Shown here: piece by piece, positions 29,340 through 41,704 of the stretch | Layout: every line of letters starts with the position of its first letter | Position numbering within the stretch: the first letter of the stretch is position 1 | Assembly (NCBI GenBank): GCA_963758525.1 | Contig: CAVWVQ010000003.1 | Coordinates: 576,001 to 640,000, forward strand | Direction of reading: 5' to 3' | Source of the DNA: an uncultured Phycisphaerales bacterium | GTDB taxonomy: Bacteria > Planctomycetota > Phycisphaerae > Tepidisphaerales > Tepidisphaeraceae | DNA length: 64,000 nucleotides | Translations under genes and position numbers: made by a program | Notes under the pieces: generated by a model | Database searches by the model: none | Told to the model about the DNA's origin: nothing | What the model saw: the letters and a program-made list of their open reading frames with translations, nothing else

Positions 29340-32300
29340 GCCAATCCGGCGACACCCTGGTCAGGCAGATGTTCCTCCGCCTCGGCGGGCTTGCGGAAGT
29401 GCCGGGCGATGCTGTCAAAGGCGAGATAAATCACCGGCGTGGTGTAGAGCGTGAGCACCTGGCTGAAGATCAATCCGCCGACGATGGCAATTCCCAGCGG
29501 CCGGCGTAGCTCCGAGCCGGTTCCCGTTCCCAGCGCCAGCGGCACACCGCCCAGCAGCGCCGCCATCGTCGTCATCATGATCGGGCGGAAGCGCAGCATC
29601 GAGGCTTCAAAGATCGCGTCCAACGGCTTCTTCCCTTCCTTGCGCTCGGCTTCGAGCGCAAAGTCGATCATCATGATCGCATTCTTCTTGACGATGCCGA
29701 TCAGCAGGATGATGCCGATCAAAGCGATCACGCTGAAGTCCTCCCCGCAGATCAGCAGCGCCAGCAACGCGCCGACGCCGGCCGAGGGGAGTGTCGAAAG
29801 AATCGTGATCGGATGGATGTAACTTTCGTAGAGCACGCCGAGCACGACATACACCGTCACCAACGCCGCCAGCACCAGCAACGGCTCATTCTGCAATGAC
29901 GCCTGGAACGCCTGCGCGGTCCCCTGGAATGCCGCCTCGATGCTGGGAGGCATGTTCAGCTCCGTCTCGGCGGCTTTGATCGCCTTGACGGCGTCTCCCA
30001 GCGAGGCGCCGGGCGCGAGGTTGAAGCTGATGGTCACCACGGGAAACTGTCCCTGGTGGTTGACGGTCAACGGCACGCTGCTCTGCTCGAAATGTGCGAT
30101 GGCGCTCAACGGCACCGCCGCCCCGCCGCCGGGGTTCACGAAAATATGCCGAAGATCCTGCGGCTTTTGTTGAAACTCGTCCGGCACTCCCAGCACGACC
30201 TTGTATTGATTCAACTGCGTGTACATCGTCGATATCTGCCGTTGCCCGTAGGCGTCGTACAGCGCATCGTCGATCATCTGAATGCTGATGTTCAGGCGCG
30301 ACGCGGTATCGCGATCGATCACCAGCTTCGTCTCCAGCGCCAGGTTCTGCTGATCGCTGGCGACGTCGCGCAGCTGCGGTATTGCCGCAAGCTTGGTGAG
30401 CAACTTGGGCGTCCACGTCGCCAGTTCGTTGGCGTCGGGGTCTTCCAGCGTGTATTGAAATTGCGTGCGGCTCACGCGGTCTTCGACCGTCAGATCCTGC
30501 ACCGGCTGCATGAACAGCGTGATGCCCGCGACCGTCGCAAGCTTTGGCTGCAGCCGGCGGATGATGTCGCTGGCGCTGGTTCTCCGATCCTCCAGCGGCT
30601 TGAGATTGATTTGAATGCGGCCGTTGTTGATCGTGGTGTTGGTGCCGTCAACTCCAATGAACGACGAAAGGCTCTCCACCGCGGGGTCCTGCAGAATGAT
30701 GGCCGCCATCTGCTGTTGCCGTTTGGACATCGCGTCAAACGACACATCCTGCGGCGCTTCAGAAACGCCCAGAATGACCCCTGTATCCTGCACCGGAAAA
30801 AAGCCCTTGGGTATGTAGATGTACAGCAGAATCGTGAGCACCAGCGTCGCGGCCGCCACCAGGAGCGTCATCGTCTGGTGACCGAGCACCCACTTGAGGG
30901 TTCGCCCGTAAAACGCGATGGTCGACTCGAAGACGTGTTCCGATGCCTTGTAGAATCGGCCCTGTTTCGCCTCGGGCTGATGTTTCAGCAGGCGGGCGGC
31001 CATCATCGGGGTGAGCGTCAGCGAAACAATGGCGGAAACCACGATGGTGACGCTCAGCGTCACGGCAAACTCTCGAAAGAGCCGGCCGACAATATCGGGC
31101 ATGAAGAGCAGCGGGATCAGCACCGCGATAAGGGAGATGCTCAACGAAAGGATCGTGAAGCCGATCTGCTCGGAGCCTTTCAGCGCCGCCTGGAGCGGTG
31201 GCTCGCCGTCCTCGATCAGGCGGTGAATGTTCTCCACCATGACAATCGCGTCATCGACCACAAATCCGGTGGAGATGGTCAGCGCCATCAGCGTCAGGTT
31301 GTTGAGGCTGTATCCCAGCAGATACATCACTGCAAACGTGCCGACGATGGAGAGCGGCACCGCGACGCTGGGGATAATGGTGGCGGCGACGTTCCGCAAA
31401 AACAGGAACATGACCATCACGACCAATGCCACGGTCAGTCCCAGCTCAAACTCCACGTCCTTCACCGACGCGCGGATGGTCGCGGTCCGGTCGGTGAGGA
31501 TTTGAATCTCGATCGACGCGGGAATGCCCGCTGCAGTTGCGGCAGAAGCTTCTTCACGCGATCGACCACGTCGATGATATTGGCGCCGGGCTGGCGCTGG
31601 ATGTTGACGATGACCGCCGGCGTGCTGCCCATCCACGCCGCCTGTTTCACGTTCTCCGCGCCGTCGGTAACGCTGGCAACGTCGGAGAGGAGCACCGCCG
31701 AACCATTGTGATACGCCACCACCAGCGGCTTATACTGCGCGCTGGAAAGAAGCTGATCGTTGGCGGCAATCGTGTAGGCCTGCTGGCGGCCGTCGAGGTT
31801 CCCCTTCGCCTGGTTCACATTGGCGGCCGCAACCACGGTGCGGACGTCGTCAAGGTTCAAGCCCATCGACGCCAAGGCCGTTGGATTGGCGGCGATCCGT
31901 ACCGCCGGCTTCTGGCCGCCGCTGATGCTGACAAGGCCCACGCCGCGCTGCTGGGCGATCTTCTGCGCAAGGCGCGTGTCGGCAAGATCCTCCACCTGCG
32001 AGAGGGGCAGCGTTTTGGACGTCAGCCCGAGCGTCAGAATCGGCGCGTCGGCCGGATTGGTCTTGCTGTAGATCGGCGGGTTGGGCAGGTCCTTGGGCAG
32101 ATACGTCGCGGCGGCATTGATGGCGGCCTGCACTTCCTGCTCCGCCACATCGATGTTCAAGTCGAGCGTGAACTGCAGCGTGACTACCGAACTCCCCTGC
32201 GAGCTCGTCGAAGTCATCTGGCTCAGGCCCGGGACCTGCCCAAACTGCCGCTCCAGCGGCGCGGTCACCGACGTGGCCATCACATCCGGGCTCGCTCCGG

Positions 32301-32454
32301 GATAAAACGTGAGCACTTCGATCGTGGGGTAATCCACCTCGGGCAGCGCGGACACGGGCAACTGCAGATAGGCGACGACGCCGACCATCACGATCGCCGC
32401 CATAAACAGCGCCGTGGCAACCGGACGAAGAATAAAGGGCCGGGATGGGCTCAT
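29336..32454 (-). CDS. mdtB: RND multidrug efflux permease MdtB (frameshift near 31530)
   Basis: [15 protein letters not shown]-terminal ORF and the C-terminal ORF join if one G is restored near 31530. Confidence 0.9.
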
Positions 32455-33806
32455 TGCTGCGGCTTACCACCGTGGCCGTGGGCATGGCCCGAAGAAGGCG
32501 CCGTGGAAGGCCCGCCGCCGTGTGCCTGCGCCATTTCGACTGTCACTTTCGATCCCTGCAGCAGCTTGTCGACACCGTCCGTCACAACCACTTCGCCCTG
32601 CTGCAGGCCCTTGGCAATCAGCGTCTCGTCCCCTTCGGTGGGGCCGGCGGTGATATCGCGCGTATCGACGGTGTCGTCGGATTTGACGACGTACACAAAC
32701 GTAGACGTCGGACTGCGCTGCACCGCCGCCGCCGGCACGATGATCGCGTCGTGCCGCACGTCAACGAGCAGCCGCGCGTTCACAAACTGGCTCGGGTAGA
32801 GCAGGCTTTCGGTGTTGGGGAACTCACCCTTGAAGCGCACGGTTCCGGTGGTCGGATCGACCTGGTTGTCGATCGCCAGCAGCGTGCCGCTGGTGATCCT
32901 GGTCGTCGCATCGCGGCTGAACGCGTCAACCGGCATCGCACCGCCTTTCCCCGCCGCCTTGAGCACCTGCTGCAGATTGTCTTCCGCAAGCGTAAAGACC
33001 ACCGTGATCGGCTGAAGCTGCGTGATGACCGCCAGCGGATTGGTATCAGCCGCGTGAATGATGTTTCCCGGATCGACCAGACGGAAACCGATCTTTCCGG
33101 TGATCGGCGCCGTCACCTTGCAGTAGATGAGGTTCAACTGCGCCGAATCGATCGCGCCCTGGTCGGTCTTGAGCGCCCCCTCCGCCTGGCTGAGGGTCGC
33201 CTGCTGTGTATCAATTTGTTGCTGTGTGAAGGAACCAGGCGCGGACTGATAGCGCTGCAGATCCAGTTGCGCGTTCTTCAGCGCGGCCTGGTCCTTAAGC
33301 AACTGCCCCTGTGCCTGCTCGAGCTGCACCTGAAACGGCCGGGGATCGATCTCGGCCAGCACGTCCCCCTGATGAACCATCGCCCCCTCGGTAAAATTCA
33401 CCTTGTCCACCTGCCCGTCGACGCGCGTATGAATGGAGACCGTGTTGAGGGGCGTGACCGAGCCCAGGCCGGTCAGATAAATGTTCATGTCCCCTTTTCG
33501 CGCGACGGCGGCCACCACGGGAATGGTGACCGGCCCGCGCGGCGCTTTGGCGCTGGCCGCCTGGTTTGCCAGAATGTGATGAACAACCCAGAACAGACCG
33601 GCAGCTGCCGCCAGCAGGAGCACGCTGAGAACGATGAGATATCCCATGCCCGTTTTGCGGGCGGGCGCGTAGCGCAATTCCTCGGCGTGATCTCGCCCGC
33701 CGTTTGACTGCGAGATACCGTCGTCTCCCCTCAGGGGCGGCGTGCGCGGTGTCCCGGGCCGATAGGCGGGAGGCGTCTCGACTTGCGTCTGAGTCTTCGT
33801 ATCCAT
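32451..33806 (-). CDS. mdtA: RND periplasmic adaptor MdtA
   Basis: TM anchor; [46 protein letters not shown]. Confidence 0.92.
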   Translation of the reverse strand: MDTKTQTQVETPPAYRPGTPRTPPLRGDDGISQSNGGRDHAEELRYAPARKTGMGYLIVLSVLLLAAAAGLFWVVHHILANQAASAKAPRGPVTIPVVAAVARKGDMNIYLTGLGSVTPLNTVSIHTRVDGQVDKVNFTEGAMVHQGDVLAEIDPRPFQVQLEQAQGQLLKDQAALKNAQLDLQRYQSAPGSFTQQQIDTQQATLSQAEGALKTDQGAIDSAQLNLIYCKVTAPITGKIGFRLVDPGNIIHAADTNPLAVITQLQPITVVFTLAEDNLQQVLKAAGKGGAMPVDAFSRDATTRITSGTLLAIDNQVDPTTGTVRFKGEFPNTESLLYPSQFVNARLLVDVRHDAIIVPAAAVQRSPTSTFVYVVKSDDTVDTRDITAGPTEGDETLIAKGLQQGEVVVTDGVDKLLQGSKVTVEMAQAHGGGPSTAPSSGHAHGHGGKPQQ

Positions 33807-33842
33807 TACAGCATCACTCCAGAGCCCCACCGGTGAAAATTA

Positions 33843-34361
33843 TCATTGGTCCGCCGGCCGGTATAGGTGAAAAACTGCTTCGGGGACGGGCAGCACTTCG
33901 AGCGACTGCGCCGCGCCGGGCCGGGTGTCGTCCGCCATGAAGACACACCAACGCTGCCCGTCGTGAGCAGGAGTCGGGTCAAAAACAATTATTCTTTTCC
34001 TGCGGCCCTCAAGGACCAGGCCCGCGGGAGCATATCCATACGGTTTACCGGACGCAGGGCAGCTCAATTGCAGCGGCTCGCCCGCGTCCGCGAACGCCTT
34101 GACGTCGTCCAATTTGTCGGGAAGCCGCTTATTGAGAGCAAAGTATTGCAATAGCGCGCCGCTGATGTCATGCAGCCGCATGGCGCACGGATCAGTGGCG
34201 ACCGCCTCATCCGGAGTGAGCCGCCCGGATGGGTGACCCGACGGCTGCGCCGGGTCGGCATGCATGGTCGCCACGCCCACTTTCGTGGTCTGCGTTTCGC
34301 ACCCGCATAACGCGAGCGCTGCCGCCAGCACAAAGCATCCGCCATGGTTCCATCGACGCAT
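33843..34361 (-). CDS. Hypothetical lipoprotein downstream of the secretin
   Basis: LALCGC lipobox; CAMRLHDISGALLQY..LPDKL..CPASGKPYGY resembles a pseudopilin-like globular domain. Confidence 0.65.
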   Translation of the reverse strand: MRRWNHGGCFVLAAALALCGCETQTTKVGVATMHADPAQPSGHPSGRLTPDEAVATDPCAMRLHDISGALLQYFALNKRLPDKLDDVKAFADAGEPLQLSCPASGKPYGYAPAGLVLEGRRKRIIVFDPTPAHDGQRWCVFMADDTRPGAAQSLEVLPVPEAVFHLYRPADQ

Positions 34362-34370
34362 TCCGGGTCC

Positions 34371-36956
34371 TCAATGATTGTCCCCAGGCAGCGGGGGCTC
34401 GGGCAGCCGGCTCCCGGGCGGCGGCGCGGCTGGTGCTTCGGGGGGTTTGGGCTCGGTCGGCGGGGGGACTTGCGTCGGCTGTGTCGTCAGCCCGCCGCGG
34501 TCCATCCCGCGCATCTGTTCCTGAAACGCGCCCGGCTCAACCGCGTTCGGCGTTACCTTCATTCCCTTCATCTCATCCTGCGACATCGGCTTGAGCATGC
34601 TCGCCTGCGCCGCGACGTGCGGAGTCAGGAAGATCAGCAACTCCGTTTTGGTCTTGTCTGTCTGATTGCGCTGGAAGAGTAATCCCAACCCGGGAATATC
34701 TCCCAGAATCGGCACCTTGCTGAGCGTCTGCGTCTTCTGGTCCTGCATCAAACCGCCGATGACGATCGTGTCGCCGTCGTGAATTCCCACGCGACTCTGT
34801 GCCGAGCGATTATCGAAGATCGGCGCGTTGACGTTGCTGGAAATCGGGACGGTGGAATCGGAAATAGCGGAAATTTGCGGCGCCACGTCCATGATCACCA
34901 GGCCGTCGGGATTAATGTGCGGAGTCACGTTCAAAATGATTCCTATCGACTGATAGGAGATGTTGTTGATGATATTTCCAGTATCTGTCGTCTGGGAGTT
35001 GGTGATGATAGGCACCTCCTGCCCGACGAGGATGGACGCCTGCTGATTGTCGCTGGCGAGAATGTACGGGCGCGACAAAACGTCCACCTTCCCCACGGTG
35101 GCGAGCGCGCGGATGGTGGCAGTCAAGTTATCTTCCATGAGGCTGACGATCAGGCCGCCCGCGCCGGTGCTCTTGGCGGCGGTGGCAGCAAGCGCGTTGC
35201 CGAAGATCGTTCCGCCCGATTGCCCGTTGCCGCTCTTGCGGAGATTCAGGATCGAGAAATCGATGCCGGTATCCTCGGCGTTATCATGAGTGACTTCGGC
35301 GATGAGGACCTTGATCAGCACCTGCGGCACCGGCCGGTCGAGTTCCTTGAGAATGTCGCGAACCTGCTTGTCGAATTTGGAACTGGTGGCAACGAGCAGG
35401 GAATTGGTGTCGGTGTCCGCAACGACGTAAACCTGGCCCTTCAACTCGGAAATCGCCGAGACAGGGCCGTTGGTTTGGCTGCTGAAAATTCCCCCGCCTC
35501 CACCGCCGCCGAATGTTCCGCCGCGATTGGAACTGCCGGTGTTGGTGCCGCTGGACCCGAATGAGCCAAGGCCGCTTCCGCCGGCGCTGGAGCCGAATCC
35601 GCCCGAAGAGCCTCCGCCACGTGAGCCGCCGAACGCGGAATTGCTGCTGCTGCTTCCGAACGTGGAACCGGTGCCGAAAGCGTTGTTGGTCGAGTTGTTG
35701 TTGCTCGACGTCGCGCCGGTGCTGCCGTTGCCGAACAGATTGTTCAACGTCGCCTGAATGTCGGCTGCCTGTCCGTTGCGGACCGGGTAAATGAAGAAAT
35801 CCTGGTCGGCCGCGGGATTTGCATCGAGCTGGTCGAGCATCTGATCGATGACTTTCAAGGTATCGGTCGGGCCGGTGACGACGATCGTGTTCGTGCGCGT
35901 GTCGGCTGACGCGGTCACCTTCCCGGTCTGTCCCTTCTCCGATCCTTGCGAATCGCCTCCGCCCGGGCCGCCTCCCCCGCCTGGCCCGCCGCCCCCTCGC
36001 ATGGCGCGGAAAAACGCGCCGGGACCGCCGGCAAAGGGATTGGCGTTCGCCGCGTTGCCGCTGGATGAATCGGTCTTGAAGATATCTGTCACGAGCTTCG
36101 CCGCCGCTGTTGCGTCGGCATATTTCAGTTGCCGCACCTTGATCGTGTTCTCGAGAGTGTCCCGTTTATCGAGATTCGAGACGATCTGAACGATCCGGCG
36201 GATGTTCGCCTTCGTGTCGGTCATGATCAGGGAATTGCTCGACGCATTGCTCGTCAGATCGGCGTTAACGGGAATCAGCGGCTGCAGATCGGTCTTCAGC
36301 TTCACCGCATCGACATTGCGCAGGGGGATCACCTGCGTGACCAGCTCATCGGTGGGCTCGATCTGGTCGGGGTCGGCTCCGAAATTCACCGGAATCCCGC
36401 CCTTGCGGGCAATTTCCACGGAGGTGATCTTGAGAATCCGCCCCATCTGGATCACGGTCAGATCATTGGCCATCAGCACCGTGTTCAGCAGCGTCACAGC
36501 TTCGGCCGGCGTCACCGGTTGCGTGCTGCGCACCGTCACGCGCCCCGGGATCGGCTTGGAGTCGGGCTTGAGAATGACAAATCCCGCTTCGTCAGAAAGG
36601 CGTTCGAGCACGGTGTCGATCGGGGCGTCCTGGAAGTTCAGGCTGATCTGCGTGGTCGGGCCCGACGAAGGCGCAGATCCCGGCGGTCTGGTAACCAGGA
36701 CCGGGCCCGCGTCCCTGGACGGCGGCGCGATGGGCGGCTGTGGCGCATCCTGCGCATGCAGCGCGATCGGGGCCAGCGCCAAAGCGACCGCGGAGCTGAG
36801 ACGAATCGTATCTCGCCGTGCTGACGCGATGCGCGACAGTGCGCGTCTGTACAGGCAAAGCTCGTGCGGGTGGAGCGCACCGCGTCGGGCGGCCGCTAAA
36901 AGTGCGGGAGTGGATGGGACAGCGCGTATCCGCGCGGGGTCATTAAGCATATTCAT
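34371..36956 (-). CDS. gspD: Type II secretion secretin
   Basis: LNFQDAPI, TQVIPLRNVDA, DTRTNTIVV, LDRPVPQVLIKVLIAEV, ILVGQEVP, IVIGGL, KVPILGDIPGLGLLF, ELLIFLTP; ATGA overlap with the upstream gene. Confidence 0.92.
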   Translation of the reverse strand: MNMLNDPARIRAVPSTPALLAAARRGALHPHELCLYRRALSRIASARRDTIRLSSAVALALAPIALHAQDAPQPPIAPPSRDAGPVLVTRPPGSAPSSGPTTQISLNFQDAPIDTVLERLSDEAGFVILKPDSKPIPGRVTVRSTQPVTPAEAVTLLNTVLMANDLTVIQMGRILKITSVEIARKGGIPVNFGADPDQIEPTDELVTQVIPLRNVDAVKLKTDLQPLIPVNADLTSNASSNSLIMTDTKANIRRIVQIVSNLDKRDTLENTIKVRQLKYADATAAAKLVTDIFKTDSSSGNAANANPFAGGPGAFFRAMRGGGGPGGGGGPGGGDSQGSEKGQTGKVTASADTRTNTIVVTGPTDTLKVIDQMLDQLDANPAADQDFFIYPVRNGQAADIQATLNNLFGNGSTGATSSNNNSTNNAFGTGSTFGSSSSNSAFGGSRGGGSSGGFGSSAGGSGLGSFGSSGTNTGSSNRGGTFGGGGGGGIFSSQTNGPVSAISELKGQVYVVADTDTNSLLVATSSKFDKQVRDILKELDRPVPQVLIKVLIAEVTHDNAEDTGIDFSILNLRKSGNGQSGGTIFGNALAATAAKSTGAGGLIVSLMEDNLTATIRALATVGKVDVLSRPYILASDNQQASILVGQEVPIITNSQTTDTGNIINNISYQSIGIILNVTPHINPDGLVIMDVAPQISAISDSTVPISSNVNAPIFDNRSAQSRVGIHDGDTIVIGGLMQDQKTQTLSKVPILGDIPGLGLLFQRNQTDKTKTELLIFLTPHVAAQASMLKPMSQDEMKGMKVTPNAVEPGAFQEQMRGMDRGGLTTQPTQVPPPTEPKPPEAPAAPPPGSRLPEPPLPGDNH

Positions 36957-38153
36957 TTCCCTTGCAGTTCTGCCTGGCGTCTGCGTCGCAGACGTTCGAG
37001 GACGTCGTTGCCGCCGCCCGTTGCCGATCCACCCGCGGGTGGTGTCGAAGCGCCCCGGCTGGCGTCGTGCCCGCCGACGGCGCCGTTGTTGATCCCGTCG
37101 ATCCCGTTGATGCCGTCTCATCCGAAGACGGGGGCGCGGCGGCTTCGCCGCGCAGGTTTTGTCCCACCAGCACGCGCACGGTCTTTCCGTCGACCGCGTA
37201 ATCGAGCGTGTCGAGCGTGATGGCCGCGACTTTCCCGCGCACGATTGCGTCGCCGTCCTGAAGAATCAGCACTTTCGACGCATTGCGATCTTCGACAAAT
37301 GCCAGAAAGCGATCGCCCGTCTGCGTCGCTCCATCAAATACCAGCGATTCCTCGGCCGAGGCCGATTTTGCCGGTGCCGACGGCGCGGTGGCGCCAGGCG
37401 GGGCCGCGGGAGTCGGCACTCGGACTCTGTCGACCACCCGCGTCACATGGCTTCCCTTCTGAAAGATGCTTCGCTCGGCCAGGATGGAGAACTCCTGCGG
37501 AAGGATGCGCGGAACGGTGATGTAACGCGAGCCATTCAAATCCGCGCTAACAGCCGCTGGCGCGGTCGTCGGCGCCGGCAAACTCGTCGGCCCCGTTGTC
37601 GCGAGTGGCAAAGTCGTTGGTCCCGTTGTGGCGATGGGCAAACTCGTCGGTCCGGTTGTCGCGAGTGGCAAAGTCGTCGGCGCGGTTGCCGCGACGGGCA
37701 AACTCGTCGGTCCCGTTGCGGCGACTGGCAAGCTCGTCGGTCCGGTTGTCGCGACCGGCGCAGTGGCCGGCTGCGTGAACGGAGCCGTCGCGGGGACGGC
37801 CAACACGTCGACGGGCGCCGTGGCGGCCGCCTGCGTTGCGGGGCGCTTGCCGCTCCTTGAGATGCCGGCTGCGTCGCCTGCTCGGTCGCCGGTTGCGTGG
37901 CAGCAGTCTCAGCGCCGAGCGTTCCTGAAACGTTCAGCGCGCCAACGATGAACAACGCCAACGCGTGCCTGATGAACGTCGTCGAAAGGCGAATCACTCC
38001 TGCTTGCAACGAGCGCGCTCTGGTCCCCTCTCCCGGTACGCCGGGAGAGGGATAGGGTGAGGGTGATTTCGAGAACCAACGGCGCTCGAGGTTCCAAATC
38101 ACCCTCACCCCAACCCTCTCCCGAAGTACTAAATGAACGTTCCATTGCCTCAC
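36953..38153 (-). CDS. GspC-position exported protein with Pro/Thr repeats (frameshifts near 37840 and 37050)
   Basis: GTG overlaps the gspM-like stop; signal-like segment; ERSIF motif; corrected C-terminus NDVLERLRRRRQAELQGK*. Confidence 0.65.
37577..37756 (-). repeat. Six 30-nt coding tandem repeats (PVAATGPTSL-like)
   Basis: GGCAA-starting 30-nt units repeated six times in phase. Confidence 0.9.
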
Positions 38154-38710
38154 GAGCGTGCCGCCTTTCCGGCGGTCTTGTCGGGCGCCAGCAGGCAAAT
38201 CGTGGAGAAGCTGAGGTGAATTTTCAGATCGTCAGTCCCTTCCCGAAGCGGAAGAATCTGCACCTCGGTGACATGCAGCGGAATCGACCCCGACTCCATC
38301 AGATAGACCAGTTGCGAAATCTGGCGCATCGATCCGTTGCCATCCACCGAAAAACCGGTCACCTGGAAGCTGCCCTCGGTGGTGGGCCGCTCGGTCTTGA
38401 GGCTGATGTTGGTTACGCCCGCCTGGCCTGCCATCTTGTAGGCGGCATTCTCCGCCTGGCTCTCGGCCAGCGACGCGTCGGACTGCAGCCCCGCGCCGAG
38501 CATCGCCTTCCAGACCTTCTGCAGCCTCGCCTGCTTATCAAACACCAGTTGCGCGTCGTTCCTTTGCTGATCCACGTCCTGCTGTCCCTTTTTGAGAGCA
38601 TCCCAACTGTCCAGCAGCGGAGACAGAATGACGAAATACAGCAGGAGGCTGCCGACTGTCGCGCCGGCGCCGATGGCAAGATTTCGTTCACGTTTGGAGA
38701 GAGACATCAT
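38150..38710 (-). CDS. GspM/PilO-like T2SS protein
   Basis: LSKRERNL plus TM helix, coiled coil, ferredoxin-like C-terminus; position after the GspL-like gene. Confidence 0.75.
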   Translation of the reverse strand: MMSLSKRERNLAIGAGATVGSLLLYFVILSPLLDSWDALKKGQQDVDQQRNDAQLVFDKQARLQKVWKAMLGAGLQSDASLAESQAENAAYKMAGQAGVTNISLKTERPTTEGSFQVTGFSVDGNGSMRQISQLVYLMESGSIPLHVTEVQILPLREGTDDLKIHLSFSTICLLAPDKTAGKAARS

Positions 38711-38727
38711 GAAAACTCCGCCATTGC

Positions 38728-40202
38728 CTAACGGGTCGCCGCCGGCTGTTTGAAGTTGAACGTGATCGAGAACGACACTTCGCGCAGGCGATCGGCGTTG
38801 CTGGTGCTCAGCAGTTTGACGTCCGTGAAACCCGGGGTGGCATGCAGGCGCGATTGCAATTTGCTCCAGCCATTGGGGTCCGACGCTTTTCCATTGATCT
38901 GGCCGAACAGGTCGCCTGACGGCGGAGGCTTTTCGCCACTGACCGTCGCGCCGGCGGCGGCGCCGACCCGCGCACTCTCCCGCAGTACTACATTCGTCGC
39001 GTAGGTCTGATCGTCGTCCGCCAGCGCCACCGTGAGCCCGCGAAGACACGTCAGATAGCGCGGATCGCGCTTCTGCCAGCCCGTCGCAAACGACACCCGC
39101 GCGACAAAGGCGTTGGCCGAGTCGAGGCTCGGCTTCATTCCGTCAACTTCACGCCTTGCCGTGGCAAGAGCCGTCTGTTGCTGACCGAGGGAAATATAGG
39201 AGTAGATGCACAGACCGAGGAGCAGCACGCCCAGGGCGATTGCCAGGATAGTCCATCGCGGCATGCGCTTTCGTCGCGGGGCGCACGGCGCGAATGGATA
39301 AAATCCACTGCCGGGCGGGATGAACCCAGCGCGCACATCGCCAGCGCCACCGCCGGGGCAAATCGACTCGCGGTGCCGTTGAGGGTCGGGACGGCGACGT
39401 CCACTCCCAACGACGAGAGTTCTCCGCCCCGGACCACCATGCCCAGTTGCCCTCCCAGGGCGGCGGCGTCCAAACCTGTCTGATCCCACAGAACGATCGC
39501 GCGGTCTTCGGAGGATGCCGGCAACGTCGATACCGCCCGCCGGACGGCACTGACGAACGGGGCCGGTTGCTCGGGCCCGCGCAGATAGCGAACGGCGCTC
39601 GGCGCACCGTTGCGCTGCGCCGTGAGTTCCGCTCCGCCCGCGCTGACGGCAAGAACGAGCGCGCCGGAGCCGGCAGACTTTCCCGTCGCCTCCGCCAGCA
39701 CCAGCGCAGAGGAAGTGATTGCGATCGGCGAGAGCTTTGCCGTTGCGCACGCGGCTTCCACCGTCTCGATGTATTTTCCCGGCGTCGCCACCAGCAGCAC
39801 CGACTTGCCTGCGACCGATTCCTGCGAGACGACAAAGTCGTACGCCAGGTCCTTCAGTTCGGACGAGAATTCCGCCTCGGCTCCGGTTCGGAGCAGATCG
39901 GCCAGCGTGGCATCGTCGGTCTGGGGAACTTCCTTCTGTTTGACGACGATCCACTTGGCCGGCAATCCAACCACCGTCGTCCGCGCGCCAAATCCATGTT
40001 CCTTGCGAAACTCCGCCAGCGCCGCGCCGAACTGCGCCGTGTCGGCCGGCGTCACGCCCGCGGGATACTGCAACTCGGCGACGCGCTGCACGATCGGCCG
40101 ATCGCCCATCGTCACTTCCGCGGCCATCAGCGAACGCTCGCCAATCGCAAGGCCCAACACCGTCTTGTAACGCACACTTTTCACGCGGCTCCAATTTTCC
40201 AT
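38728..40202 (-). CDS. GspL/PilM-PilN-like T2SS protein (frameshift near 39280)
   Basis: Actin-like N-terminus (LGLAIGERSL..VVGLPAKW), then a TM helix and PilN-like domain in the next frame. Confidence 0.75.
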
Positions 40203-40204
40203 GA

Positions 40205-41704
40205 TCACTGCGGCAACCCGTTCACCTGACTGTTGCCCGGCGTCGCAAACAAGCCGGTCACCACGCCGTGCCCGGCGCACATCGAATCCTGAATTTCCGG
40301 CGGAAGCGGCCAGCCATACGAAGTGAGATCACGGCGATATTTGATCGTTGCCGGCAGCTTCTGGGCATCCACCACAATCCGCACGCGCTTAAATGCCCGC
40401 CCGTCTCCGCTCACCGCGACGATGTCCGCGGAATAGACATAGGAACGCAGCGTGATCGCGCTGAGAATCCCGTTCGCCTTGGAGGCGGAGAGCGCGCTGA
40501 ACACCCAGCCGATTCCCGGGTTGGTGCTGGCCGTCGATTGCGATGCGATCAGGGTGTCGGCGTCCGATTCGGTCAGCCCTGGAAGACACTCGAGCACTTC
40601 CTTGGGGGCGGTGTTGACGTTAACGAGTCCTGGCAGTGTCTTGGCCGTGGTCGTCGTCAGATAATCGTACACTTTCGCGAACTCATCGGTCGTCAGCCCC
40701 GCCTGAACGTAAAACGATCCCAGGCTGGCGAACGTGTTGCCCGGCTTGGCTCGCAGCAGCGGAGTAATCCGCTTGATGATCTGCGTCGCCCGCGCCGCGG
40801 AGAGTTGCTTGGTCAGCACATTTTTCAGCGCGCCGGTGGTGGCGGCATTGACGTTGGCGCGAGCCGTTCCATCGCTGGCGGTGTTCGGCTCCGAGGAATA
40901 GCAGGTCAACCAGTTGAATATGCCGCGGCTGTTGCCGTTGGCGTTTTCAAACGCCGTCACATTGCCGGCATTGGCCAATTCGTTCTGATCGACCACGCCA
41001 TCCCGATTGACGTCGTAGCCGAAAAGCAGGCTGCTGTCCCACCCGTTCACGAGCATCAATTCCTCAACGGTCTCAAACGACGCGTTTTTCGCGTCGTATG
41101 GCTCAGCGAGCTGCTCGTAAAATTCGCTTTCGGCGCCGTTCGGCTGCGGGGTGCTGTCGGCGTCCCTCCAATCGATGATCGAATCGGCCGCGGTCGGCGT
41201 CATCCCCGGAAGATCCTGCAGCTTTGCCGACGAGGCAACGTTGATATTCAGCTTGCTCGACTCATCGACGATCCCTGCCATGTACGCCTGGTCCGTCGTC
41301 GGGTTGGGATGCAGCAGCCAGAAGTAGCCGTCACCCACCTGCAACGCTTCGGCTGGAATCTGCGTGATCGTCAGCGCGTCGTTCTGGTACGTCCCCACCT
41401 GTGCCAGCACCCATTGTTCCGCCCCCTGCTCGACCGCATCCGCCTTGGCAGCAGAAAGACGATTGGCCGACGCCAGCGATTCCGTCCGCATGTTGCGGGC
41501 AAAGACCAGCACCATGCTCGTGAGCACCACGGTGACGCCAAGCGCCAGCACGTAGATCGTACCGTGACGCGGGCGTCGTCCAAGCCGTCCCTCGTAGGGT
41601 CCGCTGGAGGGCGCGCAGTTGGATAGTTCTGATGAGAATCGTCGTCGCCCTGCTGCGGACCGTTCGGTGATCGAGGGATGGTCCGGATCTCGTGTGGTGT
41701 TCAT
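40205..41704 (-). CDS. gspK: Minor pseudopilin GspK
   Basis: G-TIYVLAL prepilin site, DESSKLNIN, IIDWRD, FETVEELMLV, VNVNTAP..LPG. Confidence 0.88.
   Translation of the reverse strand: MNTTRDPDHPSITERSAAGRRRFSSELSNCAPSSGPYEGRLGRRPRHGTIYVLALGVTVVLTSMVLVFARNMRTESLASANRLSAAKADAVEQGAEQWVLAQVGTYQNDALTITQIPAEALQVGDGYFWLLHPNPTTDQAYMAGIVDESSKLNINVASSAKLQDLPGMTPTAADSIIDWRDADSTPQPNGAESEFYEQLAEPYDAKNASFETVEELMLVNGWDSSLLFGYDVNRDGVVDQNELANAGNVTAFENANGNSRGIFNWLTCYSSEPNTASDGTARANVNAATTGALKNVLTKQLSAARATQIIKRITPLLRAKPGNTFASLGSFYVQAGLTTDEFAKVYDYLTTTTAKTLPGLVNVNTAPKEVLECLPGLTESDADTLIASQSTASTNPGIGWVFSALSASKANGILSAITLRSYVYSADIVAVSGDGRAFKRVRIVVDAQKLPATIKYRRDLTSYGWPLPPEIQDSMCAGHGVVTGLFATPGNSQVNGLPQ

Noticed and set aside
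37577..37756. 30-nt repeats as a CRISPR or DGR-type element
   Set aside because: They are spacerless, in frame, and encode an ordinary Pro/Thr linker; no reverse transcriptase is present.
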